From: Acinetobacter phage Acj61
Length of the DNA: 64,000 nucleotides
Strand: one strand, 5' to 3'
Sequence record: GU911519.1
Part shown: positions 33,023 to 41,862 of the stretch, one piece after another
How positions within the stretch are numbered: position 1 is the first letter of the stretch
Layout of the letters: each line of letters opens with the position of its first letter
Made by a program: the position numbers and the translations under genes
The notes under the pieces: model-generated
The model's input: only the letters and a program-made list of their open reading frames with translations
Told to the model about the DNA's origin: nothing
The model's database searches: none

Positions 33023-33937
33023 TTATGCATTGATTAGGGTATTAACAATTACTTTTTCTTGCTCTTGAACAGTCAAGGCAAAATACGTGCTTCGTTTCAT
33101 GTAATGAGTATAGATTGTATCATACTCTACTAAAAGATTTTCGACTGCATAGTTTGAAAATATACCATGAGTAACGTATAGGTATAATTTTACACCATTT
33201 TTCGGCTTAAGTACACCGTTTTTTACATTTTCTTTAAAACATTTTGCAACTTCAATGAATGTTCGACCACCTTCACAGATGTCATCGACAACTAAGAATT
33301 CGTTGAACTTTTCAGGTTGTCCTACAATTTGTGAATCAAGCTTGAAGCCCGTGATTTTACCTGTAGCCAGATCGCGAGTCTTATCAAACCGAATGATTGC
33401 ATCAGGAATCTTTTTACGAGCACCATTATCAGGACAGATCAAACCAACATTTTCGAGTTCAACAGTGTTTTGACATAAAACTCGCTGATGAAGATTCAAA
33501 GAGCCTTTGACCAAATCTGTCATGACTTCACTATGGCAGTCACTAAAAACAACGGAATCGAATCCAATTGAGTTGACGAAATCTGCAAAGACTTTAGCTC
33601 CAAAGCCATCGATACCATCAAGCATCGGGCGATCATATCGAGTGTAAGGTGTCGATAAGATATTCAAGCAATACGAACGTGGTCGATTTACAGAGTTTTG
33701 CTCCAAGATATTTTTGATTTGTGCTACAATCATTAGGTCGTCCATCGATTCAACAAATGCATCAATACGTGCAGTTTGCCATTCAAAACCTTTTGTGATA
33801 GATGGAATCAGTACTCGTACTGACCCATCGTTAAAGGTGTTGATCTCGACGCCGACTTCTACAGTTTTAGCACCCATGTACGCTAGTTGCAGTGTATCAG
33901 GGATAAGGTTCACTGTGAATTTTTCGACGACTTTCAT
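33023..33937 (-). CDS. ribose-phosphate pyrophosphokinase (Prs) homologue (candidate Adps of NARP1)
   Basis: 304 aa; PRPP/ribose-phosphate binding loop FLVVDDICEGGRTF (cf. Prs DDIIDTGGT); AAGGAG RBS. Confidence 0.8.
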   Translation of the reverse strand: MKVVEKFTVNLIPDTLQLAYMGAKTVEVGVEINTFNDGSVRVLIPSITKGFEWQTARIDAFVESMDDLMIVAQIKNILEQNSVNRPRSYCLNILSTPYTRYDRPMLDGIDGFGAKVFADFVNSIGFDSVVFSDCHSEVMTDLVKGSLNLHQRVLCQNTVELENVGLICPDNGARKKIPDAIIRFDKTRDLATGKITGFKLDSQIVGQPEKFNEFLVVDDICEGGRTFIEVAKCFKENVKNGVLKPKNGVKLYLYVTHGIFSNYAVENLLVEYDTIYTHYMKRSTYFALTVQEQEKVIVNTLINA

Positions 33938-33947
33938 TTACTGCTCC

Positions 33948-34094
33948 TTAAAATTTAGTTAGTGCGTATTCGATTGCAAGGTACCATGAGATTGGCGGGA
34001 TAAAGATTGATCCGACCGTCCACCAAAAACCTTTTGCAACAACGATGCCAGTAATCCAAATTGCGAATGCGATTAAGCTTGCTAAGTAACGCAT
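33948..34094 (-). CDS. tiny membrane protein (48 aa)
   Basis: MRYLASLIAFAIWITGIVVAKGFWW...; AGGAGAAACAC RBS. Confidence 0.45.
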   Translation of the reverse strand: MRYLASLIAFAIWITGIVVAKGFWWTVGSIFIPPISWYLAIEYALTKF

Positions 34095-34110
34095 GTGTTT
34101 CTCCTGTTGA

Positions 34111-34476
34111 TTAATTGATTTCACCACAGTCACGTAGTGATTTTTCGACTCGAGCTAGATAACCTTCAGTGTATCCAGACCAGTTATTTGCTACAACTCC
34201 ACCATTAAGCTTGTGAGCTGATTCAAGGCAAGTTTTAGCTAATTCGTTAGTGTCGTTGTATACTACATCTCGATTAGTATTACCTGCTATACAAGAGCGA
34301 TAATCTTTTTTGATGTCATCGCGATAAGTCCAGTTGTTCTTAACCGCTTGACGAATTCCACCACCAAATGAACATTCTTTAGCTTCTGCGGCTTGTTCGC
34401 GTTCAAGTTGCTCAGCAGATTTGACACAGCCAGTTAAAGCAATTGCAATTAAAGATACACATAGTAAGGTTTTCAT
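34111..34476 (-). CDS. lipoprotein
   Basis: Signal + lipobox IALTGC; 4 additional Cys. Confidence 0.55.
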   Translation of the reverse strand: MKTLLCVSLIAIALTGCVKSAEQLEREQAAEAKECSFGGGIRQAVKNNWTYRDDIKKDYRSCIAGNTNRDVVYNDTNELAKTCLESAHKLNGGVVANNWSGYTEGYLARVEKSLRDCGEIN

Positions 34477-35459
34477 TTCATTTCACCATTTGGATTATAT
34501 GGAAGTATTATACCATCTTTCATGGCATTTGTAAACTTTGTAATGTAATCATCGTTGTAAAGATTTGTAACTACATCAAAGTTTTCCCAAGCGAATTCAC
34601 GGAACCAGCCTGAAGTAATCGACGTACAGACTTTCTCGAGAGCAATCATGAAACTTTCGTATGGACGAACCATAAACTCATTAGGAATCTGTGAACGTTC
34701 TAATGCAAGGACGTATGATTCTTCGAGGACTCCGAGTAATTGGACTGCCTTGCTTTGAGCAAAGAAACGATCTTTGTCGCAATGAACTTCTTGATTTTCA
34801 GTCATGTAGTATTCGTATGCTGGCTTGTCAAGAAGCTTTACTGCTCGATGAATCGAGTCATGGTCATAAATGTAATTGAAATTTGAATGGAAGAAATCTG
34901 ATTTGCCTACGTTGAGCTTTGGAGTCGCGTAATCGTATGTCTCCTTCATTCGTGCCTGATAGAACTGCTCGTCGATGATCTTTGCACCGATTTTACGCAT
35001 GTTCTTGATGTGTTTCATGGTCTTATGAAAATGAGGACTATTACGAAGATAACGATGACTCATCTTAAGCGTATAAAGCAAATCTAATGACGCATACATG
35101 TAGTTAGCGTAATTGATTGACTCTGGTAGTTTAGGAGCGAGTTGAACTTCATGTTCGAAGCCATGATATAACTGATAAGTCGTAGACTTCTTTGAAGTTG
35201 GAAAGGTGAGTTCCCACATTGATCCGTAATGATTCAAGACGATTGTACCAGTCTTGAATTTCTTAGATGTGGTAATCTTTTCGATTGCAAGAGATGAGTT
35301 GAATTGACGTAAGTAATCAATAAACTCGTATGCAGACTTTTGATTTGGCACGATGATATCGTGATCAAGAGGTTCGAGATTGTGATCGATATGCAGTTTG
35401 TCAAGATGACGAACTAATGCATGAGAACCAATAACGAGAGGTTGAAATGATAATTTCAT
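34473..35459 (-). CDS. hypothetical protein (328 aa; possible degenerate GS...DxD nucleotidyltransferase-like N-terminus)
   Basis: Long ORF; PLVIGSHAL...DHDIIV loosely reminiscent of pol-beta NTase fold; preceded by conserved leader/RBS repeat. Confidence 0.5.
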   Translation of the reverse strand: MKLSFQPLVIGSHALVRHLDKLHIDHNLEPLDHDIIVPNQKSAYEFIDYLRQFNSSLAIEKITTSKKFKTGTIVLNHYGSMWELTFPTSKKSTTYQLYHGFEHEVQLAPKLPESINYANYMYASLDLLYTLKMSHRYLRNSPHFHKTMKHIKNMRKIGAKIIDEQFYQARMKETYDYATPKLNVGKSDFFHSNFNYIYDHDSIHRAVKLLDKPAYEYYMTENQEVHCDKDRFFAQSKAVQLLGVLEESYVLALERSQIPNEFMVRPYESFMIALEKVCTSITSGWFREFAWENFDVVTNLYNDDYITKFTNAMKDGIILPYNPNGEMK

Positions 35460-35486
35460 GATGATTTCCTCAATTTGATTAATGAT

Positions 35487-35527
35487 TTGATAGGACCATT
35501 ATACCATGAATCCTATCAAAAGTAAAC
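35487..35527 (-). promoter_or_regulatory. early promoter cassette + conserved leader
   Basis: TTTACT (35521-26) - 17 - TATAAT (35498-503). Confidence 0.55.
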
Positions 35528-35529
35528 AA

Positions 35530-35835
35530 TTAATTGTAGAATTCTTCACATCCGGCGAAAATAATTCTAAGGGCTTCTTTATGAGAGCATTCCCAACCTA
35601 CATTTTCATGACCGTGCTTAACAACGTCATGCCATGCAAATAAAGGAATCTCGTCATTGATTACTTCATAGATGTTTCGCACATACTCATCAAAGTATTC
35701 GCGTTGAATCGCAACATCTTCAAGTAGATCAGCAGAACAATGACTGCCATGCTTTTTCCATAATAGCTTTAGAACCGAGTTTGCGAACTGTGCACGATGA
35801 TCGTTATTATGGAAATGTGATTGCTTCTTACTCAT
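35530..35835 (-). CDS. hypothetical protein
   Basis: From MSKKQSHFHNNDH...; ATG overlaps stop of upstream paralogue (ATGAGTAA). Confidence 0.4.
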   Translation of the reverse strand: MSKKQSHFHNNDHRAQFANSVLKLLWKKHGSHCSADLLEDVAIQREYFDEYVRNIYEVINDEIPLFAWHDVVKHGHENVGWECSHKEALRIIFAGCEEFYN

Positions 35836-36001
35836 AAGAAGACGACCAGCTTTGAGTCCAATCGACATTCACATCAGTACGATTTTTAAAGCGAACTGTG
35901 AACTCAAGAGAGTTGTCTTCAGCAAGCTGTTCAGCTTGTTCAACCAACGCATTGATTGATTCTTCAAGAGCAGATAAATGCTGTTGTGGTGATGTAGCCA
36001 T
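35828..36001 (-). CDS. small protein, W-x-SS(E/Y) C-terminal family, paralogue 3 (57 aa, below track cutoff)
   Basis: MATSPQQHLSALEESINALVEQAEQL...QSWSSSYE. Confidence 0.4.
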   Translation of the reverse strand: MATSPQQHLSALEESINALVEQAEQLAEDNSLEFTVRFKNRTDVNVDWTQSWSSSYE

Positions 36002-36011
36002 GTGGCTCTCC

Positions 36012-36212
36012 TTAACAAGATTCAGATGAGTTGTACCATGAAATGGTAGTGTGGCCGCCAGATTTTTCTAGGTCAAATCCATGGCGTGAATTCCAATCTA
36101 AGTTGGCTTCAGTTGCGATGTCATCCGCAAGACGAGCAAGAGATTCGATGTTTTCCAAAATCTCTTTAACACGTCGAGATGCCTTAATTTCTGCTTCAGT
36201 ATATGCTGCCAT
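36012..36212 (-). CDS. small protein, ...WYNSSESC family, paralogue 2
   Basis: MAAYTEAEIKASRRVKEILENIESL...ISWYNSSESC; AGAGGAAATTGAA RBS. Confidence 0.45.
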   Translation of the reverse strand: MAAYTEAEIKASRRVKEILENIESLARLADDIATEANLDWNSRHGFDLEKSGGHTTISWYNSSESC

Positions 36213-36232
36213 TTCAATTTCCTCTTTGTTTG

Positions 36233-36274
36233 ATGATAGGACCATTATAACATGGTCATAATTTAAAGTAAACC
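36233..36274 (-). promoter_or_regulatory. early promoter cassette
   Basis: TTTACT (36267-72) - 17 - TATAAT (36244-49). Confidence 0.55.
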
Positions 36275-36280
36275 GCTTTT

Positions 36281-36478
36281 TTAACAAGATTCACTAGAAG
36301 GATACCATTTTCCTTCTTCACCATCATAACGTCCACCCATACCGTAAGCAGGATAAATGTCGAATGACAAGTTATGCTTGTCTGCATGAGCTTCAGCTTC
36401 TGCAATAGCTTTGCTAATTGCGGTATCGAGTTCATCCATACGTTTACGTGGATTAGTTGCTGGTGCACCTTTACTCAT
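36281..36478 (-). CDS. small protein, ...WYPSSESC family, paralogue 1
   Basis: MSKGAPATNPRKRMDELDTAISKAIAEAEAH...GKWYPSSESC; GGAGACTATT RBS. Confidence 0.45.
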   Translation of the reverse strand: MSKGAPATNPRKRMDELDTAISKAIAEAEAHADKHNLSFDIYPAYGMGGRYDGEEGKWYPSSESC

Positions 36479-37067
36479 AATAGTCTCCAAATAATTTAAA
36501 GTCGCCTGATAGGCTTAAGTCCATAGTTGCGATACTGTGGGCGATATCTTCTTTAAGGGTTTGAAGCATTTCGAATGCCTCTTCCATCGTTTTCGCCTTG
36601 CCTAAGTTACAGACTGGAATCATGTAATCTTTTGCAAGACGTAGGGCTTGGCCTGTACCACCAGTCACAAGTCCATCTGGCGTCCAACATAGAATGAAAG
36701 CCACTGGTTCGATTAAATGTGGTCCCAAAATGATGTTACAATTTCGAGCATGCATTAAGCGAGCTGTTGGTGAGCAACGATTCCATGCGGGATGATATTT
36801 CTTTGCTAAGTCCATGACCTTTTTGCTTCGATCAAAAGGCATGATGTTATTGCGATATCCATTGTAGCCAGGGAAAGGAAGATAGTTCCGAAGAGAACCA
36901 TTACCTTGCATAGCTCCATCAATAAACGCAGAATCAGCACCTTTAGCTCCACCTGTTGAAACAGTGTGTCCTTGTTCAGCCATGTATGTTGCAAAGTTTC
37001 TCATACCTTTAAGTATGATGGTAGGAGTCTCGCGACTCCCTATTCCTGCATAATTTAAGACAGCCAT
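36471..37067 (-). CDS. DprA/Smf-like Rossmann-fold (SLOG-type) protein
   Basis: MAVLNYAGIGSRETP...STGGAKGADSAFIDGA matches DprA GSR..P / G-x-GiD motifs; AAGGAGA RBS; track start is TATAATG artefact. Confidence 0.55.
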   Translation of the reverse strand: MAVLNYAGIGSRETPTIILKGMRNFATYMAEQGHTVSTGGAKGADSAFIDGAMQGNGSLRNYLPFPGYNGYRNNIMPFDRSKKVMDLAKKYHPAWNRCSPTARLMHARNCNIILGPHLIEPVAFILCWTPDGLVTGGTGQALRLAKDYMIPVCNLGKAKTMEEAFEMLQTLKEDIAHSIATMDLSLSGDFKLFGDYYE

Positions 37068-37128
37068 TTTGGTCTCCTTCAATTCTTTTAAAACCTTCTT
37101 AGCTAATTTGAGCCATTTGGATGTTTGA

Positions 37129-37170
37129 TTTGATAGGACCATTATACAACAGTCCTATCATAAAGTAAAC
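37129..37170 (-). promoter_or_regulatory. early promoter cassette, perfect palindrome
   Basis: tgataggac|cattatacaac|agtcctatca; TTTACT (37164-69) - 17 - TATAAT (37141-46). Confidence 0.6.
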
Positions 37171-37176
37171 TGCTTT

Positions 37177-38628
37177 TTAAAATTTAATTTGATCTGCTAA
37201 ATCTTCCAATTCGGATCGTGATGCAGCTTGAACTCGATGAACTTTGTTTAGATGCTCTTGAGTTGTTTGCTGAGCATGAGAGATTTCCATTTCATGATCA
37301 CTTGCAGCCGGAATCTTTGGAGCAGTTTCACCGTCAGGTTCAACCCATCGTTGATTGCCTTTCTTGACAACTAATGTGAACTTGTTATTGATCATCTTAT
37401 CACCATAGCGTGATTTGAGCTGTTTGATCAATTGAAGTCCTTGTTGTGCAAGTTCTTCTGTTTCAATGACACCTAACATGAAGTCAGCTGTATGTACAAG
37501 ACCTGCAGATTCAGCAACATCACTCATTGACATGTCTGATGCATCCCATCCACCACGAGTAGTTTGAGCTGCTGACCAAATCAATGTGTTTGTGTCAAAC
37601 GCTAATGCACGAAGTTCTTCGGCAATCGCTTTAACTAATGTGTATGAGTTTTCAGTGTATTGTTTAATACGACATGAACCACAAATACCTAAGTAGTCAA
37701 TGATGATTACGTCAGGCACAAAGCCTTTCTTCAATTTCAACTCGTTGATTAATGCTCGGAATGTGTTAGCATTAGCTCCACCAGTTGCATATTGTTTGAT
37801 GTACAATTGTCCAAGTACGTTAGCTTTTCTCCAACGTTCCATCTTAGACTTGTACTCTGGGTACGAGATTTTGCCATCATCAATATCGTCTAATGTGACA
37901 TCTAACAAGTTAGCATCGATACGTTTAGCACATACCTCTTCTGCCATTTCCATTGTGATGTACAAGACGTTTTTACCAGTCTGCAAATAATCTGCTGCTA
38001 ATGTACAAAGACCTAACGATTTACCAACGTTCGAACCGGCAAGTAAGATGTTTAATGTAGCATTCTCTGCTCCACCTTTAGTGATTCTGTTCAAAATAGG
38101 AAGTTTGAATGGAATCTTGCGTGTTTTGTTTTGATAAGATAACCAACGAGCTTCATAGTCATCCATCCAGTTGTGACCAACTGATGAGTCAAAGCAAACA
38201 CTTAATGCATCGCGCATGATGTCTGGAATTGCACCGACATCTTGAATTTTTCGATTTCTCTGTTCTGGTGGAAGATCAGCATTCGTTTGAATTTGAATAA
38301 TTCGAGATGTTGCGTTGTACATTGCTACCTTTTGAATGTACTTCTCGGTTTCTGGGATTAACCAATCACAGCTTTCTACTTGATCAGAAAGAGAGTTCAA
38401 AAGGTCATTTGCGCCTTTAAGTTCAACTTCGCCTGCACGTGAATTTGATAGTGCAAGATTCAAAGCTACTTTAGATGGCACACCATTATAATCGTTTACA
38501 TGTTTCCGAATTGAGTTATACAAAATTCGTGCCGGTCCTTTCTCGAAGTAGTCTTCATTGAGATATGGCCACACACGTCCAAAATAGTCTTGATTGGCGA
38601 CTAATTGCCCTAAAATCACATCGATCAT
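37177..38628 (-). CDS. 41: replicative DNA helicase (DnaB-like)
   Basis: MIDVILGQLVANQDYFGRVWPYLNEDYFE...LLAGSNVGKSLGL...IIIDYLGI aligns with T4 gp41; AAGGTGGA RBS. Confidence 0.9.
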   Translation of the reverse strand: MIDVILGQLVANQDYFGRVWPYLNEDYFEKGPARILYNSIRKHVNDYNGVPSKVALNLALSNSRAGEVELKGANDLLNSLSDQVESCDWLIPETEKYIQKVAMYNATSRIIQIQTNADLPPEQRNRKIQDVGAIPDIMRDALSVCFDSSVGHNWMDDYEARWLSYQNKTRKIPFKLPILNRITKGGAENATLNILLAGSNVGKSLGLCTLAADYLQTGKNVLYITMEMAEEVCAKRIDANLLDVTLDDIDDGKISYPEYKSKMERWRKANVLGQLYIKQYATGGANANTFRALINELKLKKGFVPDVIIIDYLGICGSCRIKQYTENSYTLVKAIAEELRALAFDTNTLIWSAAQTTRGGWDASDMSMSDVAESAGLVHTADFMLGVIETEELAQQGLQLIKQLKSRYGDKMINNKFTLVVKKGNQRWVEPDGETAPKIPAASDHEMEISHAQQTTQEHLNKVHRVQAASRSELEDLADQIKF

Positions 38629-38649
38629 ATTTCCACCTTTGTCCAATTA

Positions 38650-38690
38650 GAAATCATTATATACCACAAATGGTCCCGAAGGACCATTGC
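38650..38690 (-). promoter_or_regulatory. extended -10 promoter for gene 41 fused to UUCG terminator hairpin
   Basis: Sense ...ggtccttcgggacc-atttgTGgTATATAATg; no clear -35. Confidence 0.4.
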
Positions 38691-39023
38691 TTAAAACATA
38701 AATCGTTTTGTTGATTTGAGAATCTCGTCAAGCTGAAGCTTGAGCACATGTTCGACATGTGGTGTCAACTCTGCCTTACGATCTTCACTTGGAGTACTGA
38801 AGCCATATGATACTCCATTACCAGAAATTTGAAGTTCTGTAACGTAAACAATATGATCAGTACCGTCTTCCAGTTTAATCAGGATTTCTTGCTTGACATC
38901 TTTCATGGCCTCTTTAATGATACCTAAAGACTTGTCATAGAGAGTGTTATCAGGTGGACCTGATGGTTCAATGTACTCTTCTACGTCTTCGATGTCTAAA
39001 TTCAAATCGAAATCATTAGCCAT
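38691..39023 (-). CDS. hypothetical acidic protein (in the position of T4 gene 40)
   Basis: 110-aa ORF between gene 41 and glycosyltransferases. Confidence 0.45.
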   Translation of the reverse strand: MANDFDLNLDIEDVEEYIEPSGPPDNTLYDKSLGIIKEAMKDVKQEILIKLEDGTDHIVYVTELQISGNGVSYGFSTPSEDRKAELTPHVEHVLKLQLDEILKSTKRFMF

Positions 39024-39026
39024 TTC

Positions 39027-40145
39027 TTACTCCATCAATGCCTTTTCCCACATTGCGAATACACGTTCTGGGCGATACTGCTCATACAATGCATTAGCTC
39101 GTTCAACACGTTGTTCAAACGTATCGGTGAATTCATTCAATGCCTTTGAATATGCAGCAATAATTTCTTTGGTGTCCATACCATCTTCAATCCAAACGAT
39201 CTTAGTGTTAGGGTCATGTTCAAGCGTTGCATGACTATAACCACGTTGAATCAATTGCAGAACTGGAACACCTTTCTCAATTGCTTCCATTGAGCCATGT
39301 TCGATGGTACCTGTGTCATGACAAGTATTGACGAGCACAAGTGCTTCTTTCAATGTTTCTTGAATCAATTTACGGGGTTTGTCCATTTGAACGAATGGCT
39401 CTTTCAAATATTTCTTTGGTGGAGCCCATTGGCTTGGCAAGAACGCAACGATTTTGTGAGGACACTGTGCCATAGATTCTAACGCAACGTTTGTCTTTCG
39501 GAATTTCAAGTCATAACGCTGAGCTTGGACAACAGTACCATTTGAAGGCAGAACTTCAGGCTTTTTCTCAATCAGAGTTGCTGGGAAGAAATTGTCTGAA
39601 ATGATGTCATGTTCAGCCCAGTAATCAAAATCGATAGCATCAACAGCAAGTTTGGTATTCATTTTAGAATAGACACGAGTTGTCAAATCCTTAAATGTAT
39701 GAGTTGGCACTAAGTTCTTACCACCGTTCTGATGAATGAAGATTGCTGTACGCCAGATCGAAATAAGTGTACGGATGCCTGGGTCAAGTGGAGTTGCTAA
39801 AAGATTTCGAATTTTTGGTCCAAGTCCTAATTTGACAAGACCATTGATTACACCTTTAGCGCCTTCAACAGTAACGACAACATCATATTTTGAGTAGTCT
39901 TGCTCAGCAATTTTCTCAACGATTTTATTGCCATGTTTGATTGTGTACTTATCCACAATAGGATAATCAATCGAGATCGGATTTACTTTGTACGGACCAA
40001 AGTTCTCGTCACCAAAAGCCATATAATCAATTTCATGATGTTGGCTCATTGTTTTGATGAAGTTTAATTGAACCGACTCGAGACCACCTGAAATGTAGTC
40101 TGCGTTGAAAGTGATAAAACGACATGGAATGTATAAAATTTTCAT
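39027..40145 (-). CDS. GT-B fold glycosyltransferase (candidate DNA hmC glycosyl/arabinosyl transferase), paralogue A
   Basis: 372 aa; C-terminal ...LVNTCHDTGTIEHGSMEAIEKGVPVL fits the GT-B E-x7-E sugar-donor motif; ~45% identical to neighbour. Confidence 0.65.
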   Translation of the reverse strand: MKILYIPCRFITFNADYISGGLESVQLNFIKTMSQHHEIDYMAFGDENFGPYKVNPISIDYPIVDKYTIKHGNKIVEKIAEQDYSKYDVVVTVEGAKGVINGLVKLGLGPKIRNLLATPLDPGIRTLISIWRTAIFIHQNGGKNLVPTHTFKDLTTRVYSKMNTKLAVDAIDFDYWAEHDIISDNFFPATLIEKKPEVLPSNGTVVQAQRYDLKFRKTNVALESMAQCPHKIVAFLPSQWAPPKKYLKEPFVQMDKPRKLIQETLKEALVLVNTCHDTGTIEHGSMEAIEKGVPVLQLIQRGYSHATLEHDPNTKIVWIEDGMDTKEIIAAYSKALNEFTDTFEQRVERANALYEQYRPERVFAMWEKALME

Positions 40146-40176
40146 GTTAGGTCCTGACGTGATTGTAATGATATTT

Positions 40177-40196
40177 ATAGAGCCCGAAGGCTCTAT
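40177..40196 (-). terminator. terminator-like UUCG hairpin after glycosyltransferase B
   Basis: atagagcc-cgaa-ggctctat; weak U tract. Confidence 0.45.
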
Positions 40197-40202
40197 AACA
40201 TT

Positions 40203-41321
40203 TTAGCTCAAAACTGTTTCCCACAGTTTGAAGTATGCATCTTTGTTGAAACGATTGTACAAATATTCTGCACGTTTGACACGATTTTCTTGAGTGTCAG
40301 TGAATTCATTTAATGCTTTAGCATACATATCAATCAATGTTGCAGTGTCAGTACCTTCTTCAAATTCAACACGAACTGTTGTCGGGTCGTATTCGAATGT
40401 TGCATGATTGAATCCTTTTTGAATCAATTGCAAGACCGGTACACCTTGTGAAATGGCTTCAAGACTTCCATTTTCAACTGTGCCAGTGTTATGACATGTG
40501 TTGACAAGAACTTTAGCAACAGAGATTTCGATTTGGATTTCACGACGAGATGAATCGATCATGACCCATGACTTCTCTAACCATTTCTTGCCTGGTGCCC
40601 ATTTGCTAGGACAGAATGCAAGTTTAGGACCTTGATACAAGTCCATTGCACCGAATGCTACATTTGATTTACGAAATGCATTGTCAAAACGTTGAGCTTG
40701 AACAATGTGTCCTTCTGATTCAAGGACGTCTGGCTTTTCTTCAATCAAGATCGGTGGATAGAAATCATCTGCGATGATGTCATTGGCTTGCCAATATTCA
40801 AAGTCTATGACTTCTGCTGCAATTCGTGTATTCATTTTCGAGTACACTTGAGCTGCTAAGTCTTTAAACGTTTGAGTTGGAACAATGTTCTTTCCGCCTA
40901 ATTTGTGAACCATTACTGCGTTGTTCCAGCATTGAACGATACCACGAACCGATGGGTCAAGTGGAGTTGCAAGAATATTGCGAACTTTTGAAATTTGACC
41001 AAGTTCAGCTAATGCATTGAGAACCATCTTACTGCCTTCGATAATAACGATAGCATCATATTGGTCCCAATCTTGAATTTCTTGCAACAAGTACTTGATC
41101 TTGTATGCATGTGCTGTAGTGAACTTACCACCAATCGGTTTGTTGATAGACAATTCATTGACTGCTAAGTGTCCGAAGTCTTCATCGCCAAATGATACAT
41201 AATCGATGTCATGTACCTTTGACATGTTGTTGATGAAGTTGTACTGAACAGCCTCAAGTCCGCCATCGACACGATTGATATTGAAAGGTACTGAACGGCA
41301 AGGCAAATATAAAATTTTCAT
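40203..41321 (-). CDS. GT-B fold glycosyltransferase, paralogue B
   Basis: From MKILYLPCRS...; ...VNTCHNTGTVENGSLEAISQGVPVL; GGAGCATAAC RBS. Confidence 0.65.
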   Translation of the reverse strand: MKILYLPCRSVPFNINRVDGGLEAVQYNFINNMSKVHDIDYVSFGDEDFGHLAVNELSINKPIGGKFTTAHAYKIKYLLQEIQDWDQYDAIVIIEGSKMVLNALAELGQISKVRNILATPLDPSVRGIVQCWNNAVMVHKLGGKNIVPTQTFKDLAAQVYSKMNTRIAAEVIDFEYWQANDIIADDFYPPILIEEKPDVLESEGHIVQAQRFDNAFRKSNVAFGAMDLYQGPKLAFCPSKWAPGKKWLEKSWVMIDSSRREIQIEISVAKVLVNTCHNTGTVENGSLEAISQGVPVLQLIQKGFNHATFEYDPTTVRVEFEEGTDTATLIDMYAKALNEFTDTQENRVKRAEYLYNRFNKDAYFKLWETVLS

Positions 41322-41322
41322 G

Positions 41323-41862
41323 TTATGCTCCAATGAATTCTTTGATTTTCAAATCAGCTACTACTTGATCAAATGGCTTGGCTTCGATAACGCCATTGTA
41401 CACATCATGTTCAAGAATTTTGTATGGAGTAATCCAAAGAGCTTTGTACAAGCTTTCGAATTCATCAACGATCTTATTGAATTGATCTTCTGAGATTGCA
41501 ATCAAATCATCGGCGAAATTATCTTCAAGTTTGTTACGAGTGAGTCCAACTACAAGAACTTGGTTGTTCTCGATGAATCGTTGGAAGTCATCCATGAACA
41601 CATCAGTTCGTTTTCCACGAAGTACACTTTCATACACAATGTTACTTAAACCACCACGATCAAGAACATAAGTCTGATCATTATTGATATATTGTAACAT
41701 AGTTTCAAAGATAGCAACTTCATTACGTGTTACACAAGTGAAACGTCCTTCACTTGTCTTTTTAGGAAACTTCATTACCTTTGCTCCAAGGCTTTCGAGG
41801 CCTTGGATAAAAGTAGTTTTTCCTGAGTTGTCGGGACCTTCAACCAGAATTAACTTAGCCAT
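41323..41862 (-). CDS. thymidylate-kinase-like dNMP kinase
   Basis: P-loop LILVEGPDNSGKTT, cf. Tmk FIVFEGxDGSGKTT. Confidence 0.6.
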   Translation of the reverse strand: MAKLILVEGPDNSGKTTFIQGLESLGAKVMKFPKKTSEGRFTCVTRNEVAIFETMLQYINNDQTYVLDRGGLSNIVYESVLRGKRTDVFMDDFQRFIENNQVLVVGLTRNKLEDNFADDLIAISEDQFNKIVDEFESLYKALWITPYKILEHDVYNGVIEAKPFDQVVADLKIKEFIGA

